Assembly (NCBI GenBank): GCA_964577935.1
Contig: CAZOAJ010000002.1
Span: 92,598 to 156,597, forward strand
DNA length: 64,000 nt
Origin: an uncultured bacterium
Lineage (GTDB): Bacteria; Chlamydiota; Chlamydiia; Chlamydiales; FEN-1388
Reading direction: 5' to 3'
The translations under genes and the position numbers were made by a program. The notes beneath the pieces are model-generated. The model did not search any database and was not told the origin of the DNA. It saw only the letters and a list, made by a program, of their open reading frames with translations. Shown piece by piece: positions 26,880 through 35,544 of the stretch. The number at the start of each line of letters is the position of its first letter. Positions within the stretch are counted from its first letter, which is position 1.

Positions 26880-27275
26880 CTACGAAAGCTCCATTTTAAT
26901 CACATTCTCTTTTGAATCATAAAATATTTTCACTACAAAAAATTTCTCCTCATCCATGCATGCTTCTACAGGTGTTCCAACAACTTCCCAAACTCCAAGA
27001 GTACATACATCAAGTGCCCCATGCATCAATGCGCGAGCGGCAGAACCTTTTTCCTTTTTAAACTGATAGGTCTCAACGAGCTCACCGGTAGACAATTTTT
27101 CTGTACTGATAATGGTAGGCCCATATGACAAAACTTGTCCGCGACTTCGAGAAGCTTGAACCTTGTCGATACTTGTACCTGATTTATTAGCTGCCATAAC
27201 TACAGAACAGGAAGTAAAGATCGACATAAAAGCACTTAAAGAGATTATTCCGTTAAACATGAATTTAAATTTCAT
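26880..27275 (-). CDS. small secreted (possibly lipo-) protein, unknown function
   Basis: Signal peptide MKFKFMFNGIISLSAFMSIFTSC. The start is taken at the Met at 27275 rather than the track start at 27305. Confidence 0.5.
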   Translation of the reverse strand: MKFKFMFNGIISLSAFMSIFTSCSVVMAANKSGTSIDKVQASRSRGQVLSYGPTIISTEKLSTGELVETYQFKKEKGSAARALMHGALDVCTLGVWEVVGTPVEACMDEEKFFVVKIFYDSKENVIKMELS

Positions 27276-27480
27276 TTTTTGTCCTTTTTTGTGAGAATTA
27301 TGCAATTATAATTTCCGATTTTGCAACTAAAAATTATTAATAAATATCTAGTAGCCTTAAATACTTTATATTGTAAATCGCTTGGTATCCTGTAAGGACT
27401 GTGTTTCGTAACTCCCAATAAGCGAAGGACCTAATTAGGTTAACAACCTATTAAAATTTAAAATCAAAAAGAAGAAAAAC

Positions 27481-27492
27481 GGGGGGGGGGGG
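27481..27492 (+). repeat. poly-G homopolymer (about 12 G) inside the IS relic, just upstream of the first recognisable transposase codons
   Basis: Read directly from the sequence (aaaaac GGGGGGGGGGGG caatttt). Confidence 0.9.
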
Positions 27493-28349
27493 CAATTTTA
27501 TCGCTACAACAAAAAAACCATCTCTGGATCATGTAAAACGCAACTGAAAAAAATATAATCGAGCTCTTATCAATCGTGGAATCATAACTTTTTGGTTTTC
27601 AGAAGATATCCTAAAAAATTGGACCCCAGAAAGGAGGCCCTCAGATTTTCTCTAAATCAGGCCATCATTACCATCTGTACTATCTGTATTTTACGGGGCA
27701 CCTTTTCTATCCGTTTTCGCATGACAGAAGGATTGTCAAGATCTGTACTTCTTCTATTAAAGGCTAACACACCCACACCTAGTTATACATGTATCTCTCG
27801 CCGAATGAAAAACCTTGATCTTTCTCATCTAAAATCAAAACGACGACCAGAGATGTCATATTCGATTCGATAGGCTTGAAAATATAAAAGAAAAATCTCC
27901 ATATTGCACTATGTCCGAGTAGCCAAGAGATTATTGTTAGCAAGCTTACTTCTGAAAAAGAAGCTGATTATAAGGTGCTTCCAGAACTATTAATTCAATG
28001 CCCTCAATCGATTAAGCGCGCCTACGGTGATGGTGAATATGACACAACCGGGTGCAGAGAAACGCTTCAATCAAATGAGATTGAGGAGATTATTCCTCCT
28101 AAGCGAAAGGCTAAATCTCACTTTACAGATAAAACAAAAGCTCGTGATGAGACCCTTTTTATTATAGAAGACTTTAGAGAAAATGAAACTGGAAGGTGTA
28201 TTTGGAAAAAAGCATCGAATTATCATAGAAGATCTTTGGCAGAAACAGCATGCTCACGCTGGAAGAGATTGCCCAGAGCTGTTCTTCGCAATCGTCTCAT
28301 CAGCTCGCAAGCCCCTGAAGTGTCAATAAAATCTTATATTTTAAACTAA
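27491..28349 (+). pseudogene. IS5-family DDE transposase pseudogene
   Basis: Recognisable segments: VKRN*KKYNRALINRGIITFWF (TGA at 27545..27547 where the family has Trp), FS..AI...RMTEGL...PSYTCISRR, DSIGLKI*, and AYGDGEYDT...WKKASNYHRRSLAETACSRWK. There are at least 2 frameshifts (about 27625 and about 27845), 2 in-frame stops, and an internal deletion of the segment that normally follows GLKV. Confidence 0.8.
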
Positions 28350-28537
28350 ATGCTGAAAGTCACGATCTAGTGCAGAAGTTTAATCAATAATAAAAGGCTT
28401 TCTCGAAACGAAACCCACGCATTTACGCCACACAGCCCAATAAAGCCCTAAACTACGTTTAGAAATTAATAAACAAACTGGATGAGAAGAGAAATCTCGC
28501 ATATCATCAACAAAAAAATGAACACCTGAAAACATCC

Positions 28538-29188
28538 ATGAAAACAACAAGCACTTGCAGAAGCTTCTTATTTATCCTCCTCCTTTCCTCTTCAATAGCA
28601 GCCAAAATCAACGCCGCCATGAGCACAACGGATCAGGTCAAAGAACTTTCTCATCGCGCTCAAAAAAATGGATTCATCTGGTTTTCGGATAGCGAACCAG
28701 ATGAAGTGACCGCCTTCTTAAGCAATTTTTACAGTCATCAAATGCTCTATAATAACTTTTCTTTTTCATGTGCCGAATCGGCGTATCAAGCACAAAAATT
28801 TGTCCATATTCCTCATATTTTTTATAGATTTCTTTCACTGACTGGTAAAGAGGCATGGCTTGAAGCTGAAGCCAATTTAAACAATCGTAGAGCAGACTGG
28901 CCATCAGCCCATACAAACACGATGTATGTGATTCTCTTAGAAAAGTTTCAGTCTAATAAGGCTCTTGCGAAAAAACTTCTTGCCACAGGGAATGCATATA
29001 TTGTGGAACATTCATCACGGGATTATTACTGGGCCGATGGAGGTGATGGACGCGGGTTTAATAAGCTCGGCCAAATGCTGATGTACGTTCGCCAAAAGCT
29101 CAATGGCAAAAAACCAAAACAACAAAAAATCCCGCAAAGCTACATCGATTTCATACGAGCGAAAAATAAGATAAGCCAAAACAGATAG
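28538..29188 (+). CDS. NADAR (YbiA/DUF1768) domain protein with N-terminal signal peptide
   Basis: FLSNFYSH...FSCAESAYQAQKF...LLEKFQSNKALAKKLLATGNAYIVEHSSRDYYWADGGDGRGFNKLGQMLMYVRQKL matches the NADAR family pattern. The N-terminus MKTTSTCRSFLFILLLSSSIAAKINA looks like a Sec signal. Confidence 0.82.
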   Translation: MKTTSTCRSFLFILLLSSSIAAKINAAMSTTDQVKELSHRAQKNGFIWFSDSEPDEVTAFLSNFYSHQMLYNNFSFSCAESAYQAQKFVHIPHIFYRFLSLTGKEAWLEAEANLNNRRADWPSAHTNTMYVILLEKFQSNKALAKKLLATGNAYIVEHSSRDYYWADGGDGRGFNKLGQMLMYVRQKLNGKKPKQQKIPQSYIDFIRAKNKISQNR

Positions 29189-29212
29189 AATCGATATACC
29201 TCAGCAGTCTGG

Positions 29213-29899
29213 TCATAGAGAAATAACAGTTACTTCGAAAATAAGGACTGAATTTGGAGGTACAAGTCCCCCTCTTTTGTAAGCAAGGTTCGGGTGCACG
29301 TAGATTCGACGTTTTTCTGAAACTCTCATCCCTTGGACACCTTTGGAAAAACCAGCGATAGACTCTAGGATATGGATTCGCAAAGGATTACCGGAATACG
29401 TATCAGCTATTTCGATTCCTTCAAACGTTTTTGCAGAATAATGCAAAAGTGGTTCTGAAGTCATTTCTATTGTTGCAGCCCCTTCTCCTTCTTGCATTTT
29501 TTCTATATACAGCTCTTTTTCGATAACCTTGGTCATCAATGGGTTATTGGCAAGATCATCAAAAAATTGCTTCGTCTTCAGTAAATTTTCAGCAGCTTTT
29601 TTTTCGAAAATTTCTTCTTGAATTTCCAGAACAACTGCCATTTCGTCCTGTATCCCACTTGACTTCAGCTTTTCAGAAGCTTTGTACTTTTCGATTCCCC
29701 TGATAATTGCATCGGTATTGTAATTTAGTTTCATCATATCAAGCTGAGTACCAAGCGTATATCCGATCCATTCAGAAAAAAGATCAATCTTCTCTTCAGA
29801 GCTCATTTGTTGGACGCTTTGTTCTGCATGGAGCGAGAATATGATCGGCAGCAAAAGCATGAAACGCATATTCATGAAGCTCATACTCATGAAACTCAT
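29213..29899 (-). CDS. mip: Mip-like FKBP-type peptidyl-prolyl cis-trans isomerase
   Basis: FKBP_N-like dimerisation helix region followed by the FKBP domain (GFSKGVQGMRVSEKRRIYVHPNLAYKRGGLVPPNSVLIFEVTVISL). The functional start is probably an internal Met (MRFMLLLPIIFSLHA, a signal peptide). Confidence 0.85.
   Translation of the reverse strand: MSFMSMSFMNMRFMLLLPIIFSLHAEQSVQQMSSEEKIDLFSEWIGYTLGTQLDMMKLNYNTDAIIRGIEKYKASEKLKSSGIQDEMAVVLEIQEEIFEKKAAENLLKTKQFFDDLANNPLMTKVIEKELYIEKMQEGEGAATIEMTSEPLLHYSAKTFEGIEIADTYSGNPLRIHILESIAGFSKGVQGMRVSEKRRIYVHPNLAYKRGGLVPPNSVLIFEVTVISL
29855..29899 (-). repeat. three tandem degenerate 15-nt units at the 5' end of mip (ATGAGTTTCATGAGT / ATGAGCTTCATGAAT / ATGCGTTTCATGCTT)
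   Basis: Read on the minus strand. The repeat produces the N-terminus MSFMS MSFMN MRFML, with six in-frame ATGs. Confidence 0.85.
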
Positions 29900-29900
29900 A

Positions 29901-30887
29901 CTACAGTTCTCCTGTTAGCTTCTTCAACGTAAGTTCTAAAAAATCACCAGCATCGTAAAACTCAACAAGATTCTTTCTTGTGTTTGAATATGTATTCATA
30001 AGTTTGATGATTTCCTCGTCTTCGGCATCAAAAATAAGAAATTGAGGAATATCGAAACGAGAGAGCGGCTGTTTAAAAGGCCGTAGATTAGCACCGAGTC
30101 GGCATTTTTTTCTGAGTAACAAGTATTCTTCGATAATCGACCCAATTTTCGGTTTCACCAAATGCGATTCCTTATCTTCCGGAATCAACCTCCACCGCCT
30201 ATTCGAAAACACTTCAACCAATTCTTGTTTAGAAAAAGATGTAAGATCTTGATCTATCCACGGCGGGGGCAGCGGTCGAAAAATATCGTTATATACTTCA
30301 ATATACCTCTGATAAAGCATCGAATTTTGTGTGCCGAAACCAAGAAGCACTCCCTCGATAACAACATTGTTATTGATCTCTATATCCCAATCGGCATCCT
30401 GTCTTGTGATCGATTCAAGAAAGCTCTCGGGAGATGTTATTTCAAGGATTTGTCTGAAAATAGGCAAATTTACCAAAACCGTCTTAAGAAAAGCAGGCTT
30501 ATGCACAAGAACCACATTTAGAATGTTTTTTTTCTTATGAAAATTAAGTGCATAATTTTTTAGGCGAATATCACTTTCATATTTTTTCCATACCTTTTCA
30601 GCCCTCCAAATAAATAACGACGTAAGATCTGTCGTAAATATTTCTGGTCCACAAGGAGGAGCTATAAAAGCATTCTCAAATGAGACTGGTTTAACCCCCA
30701 TTAAAGTATAACCAAAACAGTTTCGCTCCATCAATGCTGCAAAAAAATCAGATAAGATGCGCTTATCCTCTTGCGGCATTTTCTTAAGCAAATATTCAAC
30801 ATTGGATTTCTCGGGAACTCGAGATACTTTTATGGCGGCTATTACGACACCAATCGAGATGAGAATCGAGGCAAGTAATTTAAACAC
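29901..30887 (-). CDS. membrane-anchored hypothetical protein
   Basis: 328 aa with an N-terminal TM (LLASILISIGVVIAAI). The stop is 1 nt from the mip start, suggesting an operon. No domain recognised. Confidence 0.55.
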   Translation of the reverse strand: MFKLLASILISIGVVIAAIKVSRVPEKSNVEYLLKKMPQEDKRILSDFFAALMERNCFGYTLMGVKPVSFENAFIAPPCGPEIFTTDLTSLFIWRAEKVWKKYESDIRLKNYALNFHKKKNILNVVLVHKPAFLKTVLVNLPIFRQILEITSPESFLESITRQDADWDIEINNNVVIEGVLLGFGTQNSMLYQRYIEVYNDIFRPLPPPWIDQDLTSFSKQELVEVFSNRRWRLIPEDKESHLVKPKIGSIIEEYLLLRKKCRLGANLRPFKQPLSRFDIPQFLIFDAEDEEIIKLMNTYSNTRKNLVEFYDAGDFLELTLKKLTGEL

Positions 30888-31003
30888 AGGTCAAATACAA
30901 ATTTTATTGGCAAGATTTTAACACATGAACTAGGATCCTCAAAAGAAAAATTACCCCATGTGTCAAATCAGTGATTTCCATCATTAATTTTAATGAGAAT
31001 ACA

Positions 31004-31318
31004 ATGAAGAAATTTTTAACTTTAACTTTTTTTGGTCTATCTTTGCTTGTTTCTTCGACTGCCTTCGCACAGACCCATAAACGTATAAAAAAACAATATG
31101 TTGATTATAAATCTATTCAAATTACCGAATCCGGAATCTTTATTGTGAAAGACGGGAAACAAATACAAGTCTCCGCATTATTCAACGATGCCAATGGTCC
31201 ATACATAAAAAAGGAATATTGTGTTAGGCATGACAATTGGAACTTTGCAGGATATCCAGAGTGCCGGGGATGCAAAGCAGACAGAGAAGCAAGAGAAGAA
31301 AATAATAGAGGAAAATAA
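31004..31318 (+). CDS. small secreted Cys-containing hypothetical protein
   Basis: Signal peptide MKKFLTLTFFGLSLLVSSTAFA. The track ORF opens at a GTG at 30971; the ATG at 31004 is preferred. Confidence 0.5.
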   Translation: MKKFLTLTFFGLSLLVSSTAFAQTHKRIKKQYVDYKSIQITESGIFIVKDGKQIQVSALFNDANGPYIKKEYCVRHDNWNFAGYPECRGCKADREAREENNRGK

Positions 31319-31380
31319 GTAGATAACAGCCACTAAACCTGAGAATACACAGTCCAAAAGATTGGGCTTTTAAACTCATC

Positions 31381-31424
31381 AAAATCAAGACTCCAGCACT
31401 TGCTGCAAGTGCTGGAGTCTTGAT
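31381..31424 (-). terminator. strong rho-independent terminator (19-bp perfect stem) after the wHTH regulator gene
   Basis: ATCAAGACTCCAGCACTTGC / GCAAGTGCTGGAGTCTTGAT (31384..31424), followed on the minus strand by TTTT (complement of 31381..31384). Lies between convergent genes. Confidence 0.78.
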
Positions 31425-31457
31425 AATCCTCAACATTAAAGATCGCATCAACACTTC

Positions 31458-32255
31458 TTAGCTGTAAAAATAGGTCATTTCTTCGTTTTTGTTGGGGCCA
31501 ATAACTCTCCAATGAAGCCTAAGGGCTGACGAATTGATAAACAACTGGGCAAAGTAGGCATCCTCGGTACACATATGTGAATCTATTGATGATAAGTTAT
31601 TTGAGCTCACTGGAATCAAATGAACGAGGAATGTAGCGTTATTTACACCGTATCGAAGATGTTCAAGCCCAATAACTCCAGCCTCCTTATCAAGCGTCCA
31701 GCGGTATATATTTGTAAAATCTAGTCGTTCAGAAGGATCTCCTTCGCCTTTTACTTGCCAGCTACCTCGCTCTTGAAAAACAATTGAGGTCTCATCAGGA
31801 CGCGTGACAACAACGTCTCCTTTTCCCTTTCCTTCCCATCCTGAATTCGCTTTGAGCTTGGTCTTTGCAATATAAGAGAAAGATGAAACATTAATTAAGC
31901 GATTCCAAATATGACTAAGCAGATTTTGTGTTTCAAGATAGTTCAGACCTCCAACATCTTTATTAACGTAGTAAAGAGCTTTTTCATGTACTGAAAGCAG
32001 CGAGTAGGCTTTTTGAAGAAACTGTTCTAGCTCAGTCAAAAGCGGAAATGAAGGGTTGAACTGATAAATACGTGTCTTACCCTCATAATAACTTATTATT
32101 ATTCCCCCATCTTCAAGTCGTTGAAGAGCCATTTGAATTGGTGTTAGAGGGATCTTTAAATGATGATGAAGTTGTGAACCATAGCACTTTGAATTGACAA
32201 GCAGAAAAAATAAAATTCTTTCAATATTCTTATTCCCAAAAAGAGATGTCAACAT
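31458..32255 (-). CDS. winged-helix (ArsR/MarR-like) DNA-binding domain fused to an uncharacterised C-terminal beta-rich domain
   Basis: The N-terminal 80 aa (ILFFLLVNSKCYGSQLHHHLKIPLTPIQMALQRLEDGGIIISYYEGKTRIYQFN) has a wHTH layout. The C-terminal 170 aa is not recognised. Confidence 0.55.
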   Translation of the reverse strand: MLTSLFGNKNIERILFFLLVNSKCYGSQLHHHLKIPLTPIQMALQRLEDGGIIISYYEGKTRIYQFNPSFPLLTELEQFLQKAYSLLSVHEKALYYVNKDVGGLNYLETQNLLSHIWNRLINVSSFSYIAKTKLKANSGWEGKGKGDVVVTRPDETSIVFQERGSWQVKGEGDPSERLDFTNIYRWTLDKEAGVIGLEHLRYGVNNATFLVHLIPVSSNNLSSIDSHMCTEDAYFAQLFINSSALRLHWRVIGPNKNEEMTYFYS

Positions 32256-32505
32256 CGTTCAAATGATTCCTAATAGGTAAAAATAGAACTTAGGTCTGTA
32301 ATTAAGGAATCGAATATCCCATCAAATCCCAATTTAGTTCTATGAGAGTTTTCATCAACTATTTTCTAGTTTAACCAAAACTTCTGAATCTTTTCCCTTA
32401 GAACAAACCTCCTGTAAGGAACATTCAATATCAATTCTATTGGATTCAATAGAGGGCTGCGAGTAATTTTATGCACAATGATTATTTCGAGGAGATCTTC
32501 TGAGC

Positions 32506-33300
32506 ATGAAGAAAATACTCATATACAATGATTCTGGTGCTCATCCACGAGGAGTAGAACTCCTTGTGAGATCTCTCAAAGAAGAGTTAATCGACTCAAT
32601 TTCTCAGATTGATTTTATCGACCGGCACGACCTGATTGGAGAAAAATGGCAAGACTCCTGCCAAGTCCTTATTTTCCCGGGAGGGAGAGATATACCCTAT
32701 CAACAAGCACTCTACGGTCTTCCAAATCAGAACATACGAAAGTTTGTTGAGATGGGAGGATCATACCTTGGTCTATGTGCTGGAGCATATTATGCCTCAT
32801 GTGAAATTGAGTTTGAGTCAGGAACCCCTCTTGAAATTATTGAGTCTCGACAACTATCTCTATTCCCCGGTATTGCACGAGGACCCGCCTATGGTGTTGG
32901 ACGCTTTCGATATTCAAGCGAAGAAGGAGCTTTAATTGCAAAAATCCTTCTTACAATAGAAGCAGAGCAAGATCAAGACAGCGACATCATCCCACACAAT
33001 CTTGCAGCTTCGTATTATAATGGAGGTTGCTCATTCATCAATGCTGAAACATATCCAAATACAACCGTTTTAGCTCGCTATGCAGATCTTAAAGATAAAC
33101 CTGCCGCTATTATTGAATGCAATGTTGGAGCAGGAAAGGCGATCCTTTCAGGAATTCATTTTGAATATCTTTTAACCGACGTGTACGCAACGCTATTCCG
33201 CTGCGGGCTCGCACCAAAAAACATTGAAGAACTCGAAATTCAAAGAAGAAAACTCTTCCGAAGAATTCTTCGCAGACTAAATCCATTTCTTTTAAGATAA
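32506..33300 (+). CDS. stand-alone biotin-protein-ligase N-terminal (BPL_N, GATase1-like) domain protein
   Basis: ILIYNDSGAHPRGVELLVRSL...VLIFPGGRDIPYQQAL...FVEMGGSYLGLCAGAYYAS.EIEFE...LSLFPGIARGPAY closely follows the N-terminal domain of eukaryotic (yeast-type) biotin-protein ligases. No BirA catalytic domain is attached. Confidence 0.75.
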   Translation: MKKILIYNDSGAHPRGVELLVRSLKEELIDSISQIDFIDRHDLIGEKWQDSCQVLIFPGGRDIPYQQALYGLPNQNIRKFVEMGGSYLGLCAGAYYASCEIEFESGTPLEIIESRQLSLFPGIARGPAYGVGRFRYSSEEGALIAKILLTIEAEQDQDSDIIPHNLAASYYNGGCSFINAETYPNTTVLARYADLKDKPAAIIECNVGAGKAILSGIHFEYLLTDVYATLFRCGLAPKNIEELEIQRRKLFRRILRRLNPFLLR

Positions 33301-33375
33301 AATTATTTTTATACATTTGACACTGGTTCTAAATAAGTCATCGTTCTATACCAGAGGTAAGAATGGAGACGAAAT

Positions 33376-33813
33376 ATGAATCATGCAGCAACCTGGATAC
33401 TAGTAGCAAACGCATCTCACGCAAAACTATTTCGCCTTGTCCAATTTCCAAAAATTGAACCGTTAGATTCTTTCGAACATCCAGAAAGCAGGCAAAAAGT
33501 ACAAGATTTCGAAACCTCTCGCCAAGGCCAGAACTATGATAGGGGTGGAATAACTCAACACTCCTACCAATCTCATACGAATCCTAAAGACATGGAAATG
33601 GATAAGTTTGCAAAATTAATTGGGAATCACCTCTCAAAATCGCATCAGAATAAGGGTTTTTCAAAACTTTACATTATAGCGAGCCCCTCTTTCCTAGGGC
33701 TTCTTAGACATCACCTCGATCCTAAAATGCATAATTGCATAGTTAAAGAAATAGCCAAAGACATGACGGAATATGATGCAGCGGCGATAGAGCGCTATCT
33801 ACAAGAAATTTGA
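33376..33813 (+). CDS. host-attachment protein family (Host_attach; release-factor-like baeRF fold)
   Basis: WILVANASHAKLF...FEHPESR...H.Y......K.....FAKLIGNHL....GFSKLYIIASPSFLGLLRHHL...IVKEIAKDMT matches the family pattern along its full 145 aa. Confidence 0.72.
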   Translation: MNHAATWILVANASHAKLFRLVQFPKIEPLDSFEHPESRQKVQDFETSRQGQNYDRGGITQHSYQSHTNPKDMEMDKFAKLIGNHLSKSHQNKGFSKLYIIASPSFLGLLRHHLDPKMHNCIVKEIAKDMTEYDAAAIERYLQEI

Positions 33814-33907
33814 AGACGCCAGCATCACTCGAACAGTTAAATTGATGGATTGAGTTCTCTTGATTTGCTATACTCGCGACAAAATTAACATTCATTGAAC
33901 TCATCTC

Positions 33908-35509
33908 ATGATTACTCTTTCTAATATTGCTAAGCATATCGGCAGCAGAACATTGTTTGAAAATGTCACCATAACCTTCTCTCCAGGAAGGCGCTATGGT
34001 CTTACAGGCCCAAACGGCGCAGGAAAATCAACACTCCTCAAAATGATTATGGGCGTAGAAGAGCCCACAAACGGAACGATTTCTCGCCCAAACAAAGTAG
34101 GCATACTCAGGCAAAACATATCAACATATGCTGATGAAAGAGTTCTCGACGTTGTCATCATGGGAAATACCCCATTATGGGCCGCTCTACAAGAACGAGA
34201 TCATCTCTATGGCCTTGAGATGGATGATGAAATTGGCCTGAGACTCGGAGAAGTTGAGGGAATCATCGCCGAAGAAGATGGATACTCAGCCGAATCTGAT
34301 GCAGAGGTTCTTCTTACCGGAATTGGAGTAACCGAAAACTACTTCCAAGCCAAGATGGGAGAGATTCCTCAAGACATGCAATTCCGAGTGCTCTTATGCC
34401 AAGCTATCTTCGGCAATCCTAAAGCACTCCTTCTAGATGAACCTACAAACCACCTTGACATGCAGTCAATTAGCTGGCTTGAAGACTTCCTTCAGTCTTA
34501 TAAAGGCACACTCATCGTTGTCAGCCATGACCGCCACTTCTTGAATGCTGTGACAACTCACATCGCGGACATCGATTATGAAACCGTCATCGTCTACACA
34601 GGAAATTACGATGATATGGTGCTTGCAAAATCGTCGATTCGTCAACGCACGGAGCTAGAAAATAAATCCAAAGAGAAAAAAATTGCCCAGCTTCAGGAAT
34701 TCGTTTCCAAATTTGGATCTGGAACTCGTGCAAGCCAAGCGCAATCTCGATTAAAAGAAATCGATAGACTCCAGCCCCAAGATCTCAAGCAATCTAATAT
34801 CCAAAGACCTTATATCCGTTTTGTCCCCTGCGAAAAGCAGCCCGGGAAAATAGTTTTGAAGATCGAAAGCATATCTAAATCCTATGATGGCAAACAGGTC
34901 ATTAAAGACTTCTCTCTCGAAGTCCACCGAGGCGATAAGATTGCAATCATCGGAAATAACGGCCAAGGGAAAAGTACCCTCATTAAAATGCTTGCAGGAG
35001 TTCTATCTCCGGAGACAGGCACCGTTGAGCGCGGACACAACGTCCTGGCCACCTACTTTCCTCAAAATCATGAAGACGTTATCGACAAAACATCAAATAA
35101 AAATCTTTTTGACTGGCTGAAAGAGCGAAAGCTTGGTGTATATGATCAAGAAGCAAGAAGTGTTTTAGGAAAAATGCTTTTTGCAGGAGATGACGCCTTC
35201 AAAAAGATATCGAACCTATCGGGAGGAGAAACTGCACGCCTTTTAATGGGTGGAATGATTCTCGAAGATCACAACCTGATTTTACTCGATGAACCAAACA
35301 ATCACCTAGACCTAGAAGCTGTATCAGCGCTAGGCTGGGCGCTTGACGAATATAAAGGTACGGCAATAGTCGTTTCCCACGATAGAGATCTTCTCGATAG
35401 ATTTGCCAAAAAAATTATCTCTATTGAAGACGGAAAGATTCGAGTCTACGATGGTCCACTTGAAGAATATTTAAAAGTGAAGGCTCAGGCAGCACCGAGT
35501 AAAAAATAA
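33908..35509 (+). CDS. ABC-F family ATPase (YbiT-like translation-associated ABC protein)
   Basis: Two ABC cassettes (GPNGAGKST / GNNGQGKST; LSGGE signatures; [11 protein letters not shown] / [10 protein letters not shown]), an inter-domain linker, and no TM domain. 533 aa. Confidence 0.93.
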   Translation: MITLSNIAKHIGSRTLFENVTITFSPGRRYGLTGPNGAGKSTLLKMIMGVEEPTNGTISRPNKVGILRQNISTYADERVLDVVIMGNTPLWAALQERDHLYGLEMDDEIGLRLGEVEGIIAEEDGYSAESDAEVLLTGIGVTENYFQAKMGEIPQDMQFRVLLCQAIFGNPKALLLDEPTNHLDMQSISWLEDFLQSYKGTLIVVSHDRHFLNAVTTHIADIDYETVIVYTGNYDDMVLAKSSIRQRTELENKSKEKKIAQLQEFVSKFGSGTRASQAQSRLKEIDRLQPQDLKQSNIQRPYIRFVPCEKQPGKIVLKIESISKSYDGKQVIKDFSLEVHRGDKIAIIGNNGQGKSTLIKMLAGVLSPETGTVERGHNVLATYFPQNHEDVIDKTSNKNLFDWLKERKLGVYDQEARSVLGKMLFAGDDAFKKISNLSGGETARLLMGGMILEDHNLILLDEPNNHLDLEAVSALGWALDEYKGTAIVVSHDRDLLDRFAKKIISIEDGKIRVYDGPLEEYLKVKAQAAPSKK

Positions 35510-35544
35510 TCACCTTTCGAGACAACCCTTTTGAGGTGGAATAT

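Larger units (their letters stand above)
27396..28438 (+). mobile_element. decayed IS5-family insertion sequence (about 1.04 kb) with imperfect terminal inverted repeats
   Basis: Left end GGACTGTGTTTCGTAA (27396..) against the reverse complement of the right end, GGGCTGTGTGGCGTAA (..28438), roughly 14/19 matches. The interior encodes recognisable IS5-type transposase segments in three frames. Confidence 0.7.

Noticed and set aside
31224-31454. 76-aa minus-strand ORF in the supplied track
   Set aside because: It overlaps the 3' end of the plus-strand gene and is largely made of the 41-nt perfect palindrome that forms the terminator. The peptide is hydrophobic and low-complexity, typical of a spurious ORF.
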